Source of the DNA: Tubulanus polymorphus
Lineage: Eukaryota > Animalia > Nemertea
Direction: 5' to 3'
NCBI RefSeq assembly: GCF_964204645.1
Contig: NC_134031.1
Span: forward strand, 15,983,807-16,047,806
DNA length: 64,000 nucleotides
Both the position numbers and the translations under genes were made by a program. Each line of letters starts with the position of its first letter. Position 1 is the first letter of the stretch. The notes below the pieces were generated by a model. The model did not search any database. It was not told the origin of the DNA and saw nothing but the letters and a program-made list of their open reading frames with translations. Shown here piece by piece: positions 22,917 through 33,997 of this stretch.

Positions 22917-25900
22917 TCAACTGTTAATTAATTCGTTACTAACGATGTCGTTAGCGATGGTCGTCGTTGTGATAGTTTGATTAGTTTGTTGTTGTTGTTG
23001 TTGCTGTTGTTGTTCGTCGGGCGTGACAGGCGTTTGAACGACGACCGTCGACGGCACGGGCATCGAGCCAGGAAGACTGGCCATCATCTGTTGGTATTCG
23101 CTTTCCTCGGCCTCGTAGAGTACCTCGGCGATTTTCCGTCGCGCCCACGACTGCGTGCGTCTGCTCAGCTGGCGTAGCGTCGACGCGATGCTCTTGCCAA
23201 AATCGTCGAGGTGATCGGTACCGTCTGCGCGCGGGGTCGAGCTAAACGTGTCCATGACGCCGTCATTTTGATCGTAACGAGGTTCTAATTTGACTTGTTT
23301 GTGTAACGGTTCACCGATGTCGTCCTGAAATAAGCGATAAATAGAAAATCCATCAGAGAACTTCATTTTCGAAGAAGGACAGGATCCAGTTCCGCAGTCA
23401 TGTGTTAGAGTTAACTCTGAGTTAGAATTAGTTCATTTTCTTTGAGTTAACTCAGAACTCGGGTTCCAGTTTCACGGTTGTGTAAGTTAGAGTTAACTCT
23501 GAACTCGGGATCCAGTTTCACGGTTGTGTAAGTTAGAGTTCACTCTGAACTCGGGATCCAGTTTCACAATTGTGAGTTAGAGTTTGCTCTGAGTTAAAAT
23601 TTGTTCATTTTCAATGAGAATCCAGTTTCACAGTTGTGTAAGTTACAGTTAACTCTGAACTCCGGATCCAATTCCACAGTTGTGAGTTACAGTTAACTCC
23701 GTATCCAGTTTCACAGTTGTGAGTAAGAGTTAACACTTTGAGTTAGTATTAGTTCATTTTCAATGAGTTAACCTTGAGTCAAATCTAAACTCTCAATTGT
23801 GGAACCGGGTCCAGCTGTTTAACTAGAATCATCTAATGAAAAAAAACAAAAGCCGGGTTATTTAGTTTTTTTTCTAGTCGTGTGGGCGCGTTTCCTCGAA
23901 TAAGAAAAAACGGACCTCTGAATAAGAGTCTTTCAGGATCGGGTTACCCAGTAACTAGAAACCAGTAACTAGTTCAACTTTTCATAGTATACGACAGTGA
24001 CTGTTGTCTCTATTGGAAATCTATAAAAATGCATTTCTCGAATTTTTGTCACTAGTCAATCGCAAAGTACCGCACTGTGGGTTAGAATTAGTTTATTCCG
24101 ACGCTTTAATCTAATATTTAACTGAGAACTATCCGACAAGATTCTGACTTCTCTGAACGTGGGTTATTACATTGGAACCTCTCGTTATAACGAACTCAGA
24201 TACAACAATTCATCAGGTATTACACATACAGAATTTCATCCTAACTAAGAAAATTTCATTAACATCATATATATAGCGAACAATCGGTTTTAACGAACAT
24301 ATTTTCTGGTCCCGTGAAGTTCGTTGTAACGAGGTTCCACTGCACCAACATCGTACATGGGGGTTTAGAATTGGCATAATTGGCTGTACATCCTATCATT
24401 GTTAAGTACCCCTTAGAGGTGTGAACTAACTAAAGAAATCAACTCTATCAAGTAATAAAGAAGGAAAGATACTTAGAAATGAAAAATATTCTGGATCCAG
24501 TTCCACATTTGTGAGTTAGAGTTAACTCTGAGTTGAAATTTACGATGATTTAACAAATCTTAACTAACGACCGTGGAACTGGCTCCCGAAATCGGTTTCT
24601 TTACCTGATTATAGGAACTACAAGTCCAGGCAGGCATATCCGCCGATGATATGGTCAAACTAACTGGCGTGACGACTTGCGTCGGAGTTTCCGATATATA
24701 CTCGTCGCTCCTCGATTCGTCGTCGTCTCTGTATTCATCGCTTTCATCACAGCTAGAATTTAAAAACGGATCCATTAGTTCAATCGAAGTAAAAAAAAGA
24801 AAACTCGTTAGTTTACGATGATTAAACCGGCATGAAAATTATAGGCCGCCGATGTCGAATAGTCGAAAATAGCTTCTTCTTTTTTCTGTTGGAATGAACT
24901 TTTTGCGATACGGGGTCATTCATTTATTACGTACGCATTAGGGGAGGGGGAGGGGGTCAGTGCAATTGCGTACTGTAATGCTTAATGTATATGAGAAAAT
25001 GGCCGATTTTGCGTACAGAGGGGGAGGGGGGTTGAAAATTTCAAATTTTATGCGTACGTAATAAATGAATAATCCCTACATGTGCGTGTGAAATTTTTGC
25101 GAATTGGATTAAGCGGCCAGATGGACGTGAAATAAATATAAAGCTATATAGACGGTTTATCGAATTCAACTGCGTATATGTTCAGTGAATAATCCATTTT
25201 TAAACGGTATCGACCGTAGTCGTTTAACTATATTAGCAGTAATGTCACGCATCACCTGGGTGTATTTGCATACAGTCACTGCTGCGTTCAGTTATTGTTT
25301 TCTTTTTAATGGGGTGTAAACGATAGGATTAAGCGAGGCAGATGCGCCGATATGATTTCGGTATCATCACAGCTCGCGACTGTATTCAAGCGCGTTGGAA
25401 GCAATCTTTTATCGCAGCGGCCAATTGCCGATTTTTGACGGGAGGTTCTGATATATTGCCGCGACGGATTTACTTCAATTTTTTCAAAACCATAGTATTC
25501 ACAGAAGAAAAAACGTCATTCAGAAAACACGCAGCTTGCCGCTGCACTTCCAACGCTACTGGTGTTTCTCTCGAGTGTCACTGATCTAATTACAGCCCCC
25601 ATCTCCCACTACCCTTCATTCAATTCCTTTTGTTATTTCTCAAACTTTCCGATCCTTTCACAGAGACTTTAACCTGACTCTTTCTTTCTCTATCTCACAA
25701 CTCTCTCTCTCTCTCTCTCTCTTGCTCTATCCTACCTCACCCTTACCCTTCTCTTTCCGATCCTTCCACAGTGACTTTAACCTGACTCTTTCTTTCTCTA
25801 TCTCACAACTCTCTCACTCTCTCTCTCTTGCTCTATCCTATCTCACCCTTACCCTTCTCTTTCCGATCCTTCCACTGTGACTTTAACTTGATTCTCTCTC

Positions 25901-26382
25901 TCTCTCTCTTGCTCTACCCTATCTCACCCCTACCCTATCTCTCTTTCCTATCCTTCCATGGTGACTCTCACCCAACTGTATAATTCTTCCTTTCTCTTAT
26001 CTCGCAACTCTCTTGCTCTACCCTATCTCACCCCTCCCCTATCTATCTCCAGCCACCTCATGATTCATACTCACTTGCTACTGTTGGATGGATATTGATT
26101 CGTTCGATGTTTAACGTGATTAGCGAGAAACATCAGGTTCTCGTAGTACTTCCATTTCGGTTTGCGGCCTTTATTGCCGCTTTTACGCACGCGCACGAAA
26201 CAATCTCGTAAACGTTTCCACGACGTTCGACACGACGTGACGTCCGTGTTCAGATTGTTCGCTATCGTTTGCCAGGTCGAAGTTATCAACTCTTTGTCGG
26301 AATGTTGAGGAAGTTCGCTGTTGTACAGGTTTTCGTGTTTTTGTACTTCGAGAATCAGCTGCAAATCATCGGGACTTGACAT
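22917..26382 (-). CDS. MADF (Myb/SANT-like in Adf-1) domain transcription factor with C-terminal BESS-like motif, 3 coding exons, ~287 aa
   Basis: Exons (minus): 26382-26075, 24752-24605, 23324-22917 (phases 2, 0). MADF signature LILEVQKHENLYN...WQTIA...CRTSWKRLRDCFVR...KWKYYENLMFL; acidic linker; BESS-like DDFGKSIASTLRQLSRRTQSWARRKIAEVLYEAE; poly-Q tail. Confidence 0.9.
23383..23811. repeat. MITE family A expanded into a tandem array of left-end units
   Basis: About seven repeats of gatccagttYcac.gttgtg..agttagagttaactct, closed by one right TIR; CAG on both outer flanks. Confidence 0.8.
24170..24342. mobile_element. MITE family C copy
   Basis: CATTGGAACCTC...GAGGTTCCACTG termini and shared body. 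Confidence 0.75.
24494..24585. mobile_element. MITE family A copy
   Basis: GATCCAGTTCCAC...GTGGAACTGGCTC, flanks CTG/CCG. Confidence 0.7.
24912..25076. mobile_element. MITE with ~27-bp TIRs and 3-bp TSD (PIF/Harbinger-like)
   Basis: GGGGTCATTCATTTATTACGTACGCAT...ATGCGTACGTAATAAATGAATAATCCC; TAC on both sides. Confidence 0.8.
25640..26050. repeat. CT-rich minisatellite, ~105-bp unit x3-4
   Basis: Units ctttccgatccttccac..gactttaacctgactc...(ct)n..tgctctatcctatctcacccttacc start near 25645, 25753, 25859 and 25943. Confidence 0.85.
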
Positions 26383-26420
26383 CTGAAATCATGTGAAAAG
26401 ATCGTCTTAATCCGACCGGC

Positions 26421-26735
26421 GTAGACTGATGTTAATCTCGGCAGTTTTAATGAGCAAAACCCACAATTGATGATCTAACAATTTATTCCGACAGTTTCGA
26501 AGTTTGCACTAAACTTCATCATCAGGACCCAGTTCCACAGTTGTGAGTTAAGATTTGACTCTTAGGTTAACTCATTGAAAATGAACTAATTTTAAATAGG
26601 AGTTAACTCTAACTCACAACTGTGGAACTGAATCCTGAGAAACGAAAATGTTTTTTGATGATGTTTAGTTAAAACTGTTGGAATAAATTGTTAAATCAAT
26701 AACTGTGGGTATTGCTCATTGGTATTGTGTAGATT
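26421..26735. mobile_element. Palindromic element B with nested family A MITE
   Basis: Arms aatgagcaaaacccacaattga..aacaatttattcc / ggaataaattgtt..tgtgggtattgctcatt; homologous to 17273-17470. Confidence 0.7.
26526..26634. mobile_element. MITE family A full copy nested in palindromic element B
   Basis: GACCCAGTTCCACAGTTGTGAGTTA...TAACTCACAACTGTGGAACTGAATC, flanks CAG/CTG. Confidence 0.8.
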
Positions 26736-27376
26736 TTATATATATTTTCAAATGCATTGTCGGATCTTTAATTATTTTAGTAGATATCGTTTTGTTCGGG
26801 TTACTTTTTAAAACGCTAGAACCACCCGAATAGATATATAGATTAGAAAATAGTTTCTATTTCTATTATTAGAAACCTATACGAGAGCTTTGGGAGCCTT
26901 GATATACAACAGCGGGAGGCAGCAGGCGCGTCTCTATACAGAAACAATCTGGTTTACAATGTAGTGAATCATGCAGATTGAGCCTGAATGGACTCAATGT
27001 AAAACGTGTACAACAAACGACGCCAACTAAGAGCCCATGATCTAACCAGAATGGTTATCGAAGCATGTACGCGCTAGCTACCCCGAGTGAATGCGCGTTA
27101 TGAATTTATAATGTCCCCGTGACTATACCTATAGATATAGAACGACTATACATATTCAAATCGGAGCTCTCATATTTTACATAATCGTTCGCTTGCCAGG
27201 GCATGTCGCGGCGTAAATCCCGACACGCTCGGGTCGGCGCTGCGCATTAACGCGCCTATATAAACGCGCACAGTGTATCACGGAGTAGTAATCGCTTTCG
27301 ACTAAATTCGTGTCTGTATTCAAACCGCGTTTGTATATCTGATTGTATGAAATCGAAATACGAACGTAGAACATCA

Positions 27377-27377
27377 G

Positions 27378-27412
<35 letters not shown>

Positions 27413-27536
27413 ATATATATGTATATACATCATGATATAGAACTGATGCTATATCGATCAGTATATATGCCAATAGTAACAGTGGGTTTGTATTAAGAGA
27501 GAGAGAGAGTGAGAGAGAGAGTGAGAGAGAGAGAGA
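27377..27536. repeat. (TA)n and (GA)n microsatellites
   Basis: TA run ~27379-27430; GA run ~27497-27535. Confidence 0.9.
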
Positions 27537-27709
27537 ATGAATACACAAAGCTAGGCATCCATCCATACTGCATATATTATTAGGTATTTGCGCGCGGCAT
27601 TCACATCCACAACCGACCGACCGAAACCCCGAACATATAAAATTCAACATTAACGAACAAGAGATTACAATATAACAATTCTGGCATTACATTTATCCGT
27701 GTTACTCAC

Positions 27710-27915
27710 GTTTAGTAATGGTTGAGTTATATGTTGCTCGTTGAGACTCCAGTCGCTTGTTTGTCGCGCAGCACACAACGCAACAATGGATCCCGCACAG
27801 TCTAATGGCAGCTAGCCAATAACACTTCGACAGAGGAAACCACGCCTGCTCAGCTCTCTAGCTCGGCACACTGGTTGATGAATTAGTACCCGCGCTCGTA
27901 CAGCAGCCAATGTAA
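27710..27915 (-). promoter_or_regulatory. Probable non-coding first exon and promoter of the MADF gene
   Basis: The MADF ATG directly follows an acceptor (atttcag|ATG), implying an upstream UTR exon. Strong donor C|GTGAGT at 27710/27709; CCAAT motifs at ~27817 and ~27907; locally CpG-rich. Confidence 0.5.
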
Positions 27916-30409
27916 TTTAAATATATACATAAATTTCATCTACATCGGTAAAAGCCTCTCGATCGACCCAGATGATGATGATGATGAGGATGTTGATGAT
28001 GATGATGATGATTATGATATTTCGTTTGTTTTCTGTAAAGTTTTTCGATGCGTAATTAATTGCTGATATCGGTATTCGCAATACAACCATTAAAATACCT
28101 TTGTTAATAACGGCCCAGATTGGATTAACCCTTCGATTTCTGATATGAACATATGCACGCATGTCCCGAGCGAAATTCTTTCTACATTTTGTTCGAAAGT
28201 GATTATTTCCGACTAAGTATATTTTATATTTCTACTAGATCAAAGCGTGCTGATTTGAAAACTAGCAGTTTACGATCGAATAGGAAATGTTTCAGTTTTT
28301 TTTCTTTTGCTTAACAAAACATTGTTGAGTTGAAATGATGGTGAATGTACATGCCTGCATTCCAATTAATCGAGTGATTTTAATATAAAGCTCTCTTGGC
28401 TTTTGTATTCATTAAATCCTAATTAACGATATGAAAGACTGGCTGTATGTTGAACGACGACGACATACCGGCTGTCGATGTCCCCAACATTGAATATTGG
28501 CTCTATATGGTTGCTGAAACTGACAGTATTATTAACCGTCGTTGCCATAGTTACCGTCGTTTCAAGTCGTCTTGTTGGCTCCGGTATCATCGGCGCTCTC
28601 GGTGGATGTGGCTTGTAATGGCGGCCTTCTGTTGTCCCCTCGTTTCATGCAAGACACACGAAACTGCGATATTGAATTTGGAATCACCGATCTGATAACA
28701 TCCAAACTTAAACTTATGCAGTAAATCAGACTTGCCTGCCGTATGTAGAATGAACTACTTCCTATTTGAAATTGTGTATTCAGCTTTATACGAGAGCAGT
28801 GACTACTACTTCAAGAGTTTTTGTACCACCAAAATTATTTAAATTTCAGCATGATCATTACGTTTTATAGTTCATTTTCAATTAGTCCGAAACTAGTGTT
28901 TTTCGATGTAAAATTGTGTGGTGAAAACTACTACTAAAGGGAGACAGTGTTGAGTAGTTGTGGGGTGCTGTGGGGTACTATCAGCATAATAAAATGAATT
29001 TTTCAAATGGTTCTGTCTTTCTGTAGCATCTGCTTTAGTGCAGCTTGCACATGCGATATACACTCTGCATACTCAACAGGGAAGCTTATCTATATTCTAA
29101 ATATAAAAATAGCTGCTGGTTTATTCGAAATTTAGATCAAATTTAGATCGCATATCATTTAAACAAATTTCCATTATTGAGCAATTGAACGCCAGATTGC
29201 AGATTGCGTGGAAGGTTTATCTTTTTGCCTTTAGGAAGGGCGTGTAACTAATGTCTCCTATTTGGCAGTGTTTTGATCAGTATTTTTTGTACAGTAGCTG
29301 CTTGATTCGGATGTGACCAACGAAATTCATCCGATTTATGAGAAAACAAGATTGAACATCATATTTACATACGTATCTGGTGGACTGATAATATCCTGAT
29401 TAGATTAGATACTGTTGAAACTGAACCAAACTAAACGTATTAAACTGTATTATACAAGGTTACAGTATTTCATATTGGACTGATCTGGTTCTGCCATATT
29501 TGAAAAGTTACATTTGTTCAGCCGCCGCAAAAAAATGTGTAAGCTTTTCTCACAAGAGTTCATACCAAGTGCAGAAATATTGGAATTTCTGAGAGATATT
29601 CAGGTGACTTACAATGATTATTTAACTAATAACTAATATTCCATGCAAACTAGAAACACTAACCCTTACACAATATATATTTATATATACATGTATATAT
29701 GTATCTAGGATTTGGCAGTTGATCAGTTGTTGGAGCCACCCTTAATGGATTTATGACATCATTAGAATATGAAGTTGTTTTTTTTAAAGTACCAACGCAC
29801 ATACATATAAGGCTGTGAAATAAATTCGATTCGCGGCATCGCGAAAATGAAAAATCATGCCTGCATTATTATTTGCCACGTATTTATAACGATTCCCCTC
29901 GGTATCGTTGTCGGTATCTGTATCGATTTTTTGATCTAGAAAAAATGTCGATGGAAAATGCGTGATATAAGATTGTTTGAGCTGCGTCGCGATCGTACGA
30001 TGCGGCTGAAAAAGAAACGATTATCTTTTTTTAGGATGTCTAATGCGCGTAATTGTGTTGTAAGAGCCCGGTCTGGTGTATTTGTTACTGGAGAAGGCTT
30101 TCATATACTCGCTGTGTTCAGCCGATGCACAGATGACTGCGTAAAATAATGGTTTTTTGCAAAATCGATTTGGTGTATTACGCTGATGAAATGGCTGGCA
30201 ACGTTTCACCCGGCAGGCATGTATCGGGTGCAAAGGCATCCATTAGTCGTTGCGTCTTTCAAGAGACCGATGGTAAAGTCGTTGTTTTTTTTACGAACCA
30301 GACAATCATGATGTCTGTAAAATTAGTTTAATTCCTATTTACCATACGGTATGTAGGCCTGCTCCTGTGTACTGGAATCTGTTTGAAAAAATTGAAAGAT
30401 TCTAACATA

Positions 30410-30586
30410 CAGTGGAACCTCATTACAGTACAGCGAACTTCAGTGGACCAGAAAATCTGTTCGTTAGAACCGAAAGCTTATTGCACGCGGTTAGTTATGA
30501 AATTAATTAAATTGACTTATTTGAGATGAAATTCTATATTTGTAATATCCGATGAATCTTGAGTTCGTTATAACGAGGTTCCACTG
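30410..30586. mobile_element. MITE family C copy with TA TSD
   Basis: TA-CAGTGGAACCTC...GAGGTTCCACTG-TA. Confidence 0.8.
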
Positions 30587-32638
30587 TATTCATATTTCTA
30601 TGTCGAGGCTGGGGACAACATTAAAGATAAAATGAATAGGCCTATATATTCAATTTCTAGATTTGTAGTTGTGTAAACAAACCTCTCAGCACTTCATGGC
30701 TTAATACATTGTGATAATTGTGAATGTGAAAATTGCGCCTCAGAGGGGTACCCGTGTCTCCAGTGCACACTTGTTGTGTCATATACAGTTCAAGGTAGTG
30801 GTTGTACAGATGACAAAACATGTTTACCGCACTTTTTCATTACGACTATCGCGCGTTCCCATGGCAACGAGATGAAAAGAAAATCTCAGGATGTCGTAAT
30901 CGTGATGTGGGGGAAACTGTCACCGAATAGGCTATGGATCCACTTCGTGAAAAAATCCGCGAATGTAATTAGAAAATGTTATCATCCCTGAGTCAAATAA
31001 TAACCATGCAATTATCGATACTGTGTAATCATTGCAGTTCTGTTTAAAGTCAATAAATTTTGATACGTTTTTTTTTTTTCGTTCGAAATAATCACCAGTT
31101 TCAGAAGTGTGAACGGACTGTTATTTAAGATTATTAGTTGAAAAGATTTTTTAGAAAATACGTAGATATTAAAGTTGTGGAATATTTATATAAAAATGAT
31201 CGATCGCTTTTAAAAGATCTACGCTGAGACTTAAATATTGTCTGTTGTTTCCTAAATTACACAATATTTTGAAATTTTGCTGCACTTTGACATTTATTAT
31301 TGACGTCATTTATGTCATTCCACTTTTTCTAAATTCATTTTTTTAGAATATATTTCATGAATATTACATACATCATTACGTCTCAAATATATAAAATCAT
31401 GTCATTTCATATTGAGTTATCATTATTATTATCATTACTAATATTATTTGTGTATTTATAGTGTCTGTATCCACTCGATGTGATCTAAGAGTCTAAGACA
31501 TAGTACACTTCTATTGTGTTGTCTTCGTGTTTTGTGCTGTCAGTCTGTGTATATGTATGTATGTATATATAAAAATATATATATATATATATCTTGTTAT
31601 GAAATAAAATTGCCATGAGTGGTTTAGAATTTTGCCTATGAATCCATCATTGTTGTTACTTGATATATGTGTATGTTTCAACCTTGGCCAAAAAAGAATG
31701 GACGCTCTGTTTCAGTAAACCCTTGTGGTGTGAGGAAGCCGCTAATGAATTTGTGTGATTTTCTGAGAATTGTTTAATAAGAGTTCTGGTTGTTATTGGG
31801 TGTGACTGGATGATGTGCACACGATTCTGATATCGCCATGCTGTAGGTAAACACCCAACATCTTCATCTGTGAACGGTTTCTATGGTAACCGATACTGAC
31901 GGTATTCACCACCACGACTCTCTTGGACGATCAATTTACTGATTTTCATCGACGTTAAAAGCGTAACTCGTACATATCCTTGGCTTTGAAAATAAAAAGT
32001 GATAAATCCGATTCGGAATGCCCTTCCTTCGAAATTTCCTCCCTAGATTAACTTCATTTTCTCAAGTATACGTTGAGAGAGCAATCGCCCACGACATCCA
32101 ATAGCTCTATTTGAGTCCTGTTTGAGAGATAGAAATAATCTTGCAAGCGTTACTGGAAGAATCGTCTGCATTCAAAAGGGTAATTCGAAAAAAAGCTGCG
32201 AGCCATGACATAGAAAGGCCATCACAAGCAGCTTTATATCAATTTCTTCGTGTGCAAAAAGCAGTTTTTTGTATGCCATAATTTTGCCAAACATCGAGTA
32301 GTTGTCAAGAGTCGGGAGAGATGATGCCATGTAGCACGTTTGAATGCTCTCGTCGAGTAACTCGTTCCTATGGCAACCGCCGATAAAGGGGATTAAACTG
32401 GTTTGCGTTTCATTCGCCACACGGAAATGACCGAACATCAATTCGAGTTTGGAAAAAACCGGCGAGAAAATCGATGAAGCTTCTGCTCGGCGGTGCCTGC
32501 AGTGTTTTTCCTCAATTATTCTCAGAGCCGTTGATAATTATTCGTTAGACGGATTGATTTTAATCGATACTCTAATGTACTTCTCCGTTCTCCAAATCAT
32601 AAATACGATAATTAAAATTATTCGGCCCAAAACATCAG

Positions 32639-32866
32639 GATCCAGGTCTATAGTTGTGAGTTATAGTTAACTTAACTCTTGCGTTAAAATCTGTTCAATT
32701 TCAATGAGTTGTTGAGTCAAATCTTAACTCACAGTTAACAAAAAAGTTCACAAAAAAGTTTAACTCTTAAATCGATTTAATTCCTTCGTTAATTCAATTT
32801 ATCTTGGATCCATTTAGGCCTAATCCTGGATCGATTTAGGCCTAATCCTTTTTGTGAAACTGGGTC
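32639..32866. mobile_element. MITE family A composite/diverged copy
   Basis: GATCCAGG...gttgtgagtta...gagtcaaatcttaactcac...GTGAAACTGGGTC, flanks CAG/CAG. Confidence 0.6.
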
Positions 32867-32993
32867 CAGCTAGAACTGGGTCTCGCGATAGCCTACTTCA
32901 TAAGCACTCATCGATAATTCAAATATAGTCCTTCGTCCTTGCGGTTACGTAATATATATTTGGAGATATTTTTAATTAATGAATTGCTGTTTA

Positions 32994-33735
32994 TTACGGG
33001 AATTTTTCGGCATAAATAATTAATGCATTCACTGACGGATTACTGCAGATAATCCGGGTAAATCCGTCACGTGAGACCGGGCACTCGACACTGTACGATT
33101 TGGCACTGAAGAGAATTTTATGACATAAGCGCGTGACATGATATAGCTGGTTCTTCGCTATGGTTAAGACATTACTCGTTCGACCACTACATACAGCCAA
33201 CGCCCACATCCCGCAGCGTGGTCGCACTATGTTGAAGCACAAATATAGAAAATATACAGATACTTGTATTGATCCTAAAAGAATACAAAAATCGGAGATT
33301 TAATATTAGCAAGCAACATATAAATCACACATTGGAGGCCTACGGCACATACGTTTTATCACACAAACCAAAGACTGACTGAAATACAAACAAACCAAAG
33401 AGACAATCAAGAATGTTTGAGTGATCCCATTCTACTTTATTCCTCTAAATAAATTAAGAAAAGGTACAAGCCCAGCCGTCTCATCCATATTGCAGTCACC
33501 TCCTCTCAGCAGCATTGCCGTTGGGACTGAAAATATTTCTTAATTTCTTCATAGTTTTTATTACGAAAATAAAAGATATCAATTCATCCGAGTTGACAGG
33601 ATAAAGCTGGTGAATCATCCAGTAAAAATCACCCAACTTTTTCGAATTTTCGAGTTGACGGATGGTACTAGTGCATGCGGAGTCTACTCTGTATAGCAAT
33701 ATACCGAACAGAATCAACGCGGCAACATACAACAT
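32994..33735 (-). CDS. Candidate small secreted Cys-rich protein (2 exons, 111 aa), divergent from SPEN
   Basis: Exon 33735-33633 (MLYVAALILFGILLYRVDSACTS..., signal-peptide-like, donor G|GTGATT, phase 1) joins in frame to 33226-32994 (pyrimidine-rich acceptor ...caacatag|). Six Cys; AATAAA overlaps the stop. No homolog recognised with certainty. Confidence 0.42.
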
Positions 33736-33997
33736 AACACATGTACGACTGCGGTGTATTGTTGACCTAGTTTCATCAAGGTCAAAGTGCAAGAAACCTG
33801 CGTAATTGTGTACGCGTTTAGCGCCGGTTGTGCGCAAGTGCGTCAGGAGTCGACGCCACACACTACCGAGCGACGCTGGCATACACTACTCTACACAGTT
33901 CGCCACTACGCGAAATGAAATGAACGTTTTTAGCATTATTATATACTACTAGTAGCCGCGCAAAAAATGTACGCGATATCTGTGAATTGAAGAAAGC
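33736..33997. promoter_or_regulatory. SPEN promoter/5'UTR, possibly bidirectional
   Basis: CpG-rich stretch immediately 5' of the SPEN ATG and of the candidate antisense gene ATG. Confidence 0.5.

Noticed and set aside
23383-23811. CRISPR-like repeat array
   Set aside because: Eukaryotic intron, no unique spacers and no cas genes; the units are fragments of a dispersed MITE.
27177-28162. Hydrophobic ORFs (157 aa, 81 aa)
   Set aside because: Produced by (TA)n, (GA)n and (GAT)n microsatellites.
28440-28695. Coding exon between the MADF gene and SPEN
   Set aside because: Minus-strand frames after the candidate acceptor close quickly and resemble nothing I recognise; more likely regulatory (contains an X-box).
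32172-32495. Additional coding exon of the candidate secreted gene
   Set aside because: Poor polypyrimidine tract and no strong phase-compatible donor; the upstream exon already has a stop and AATAAA. It could still be a non-coding exon.
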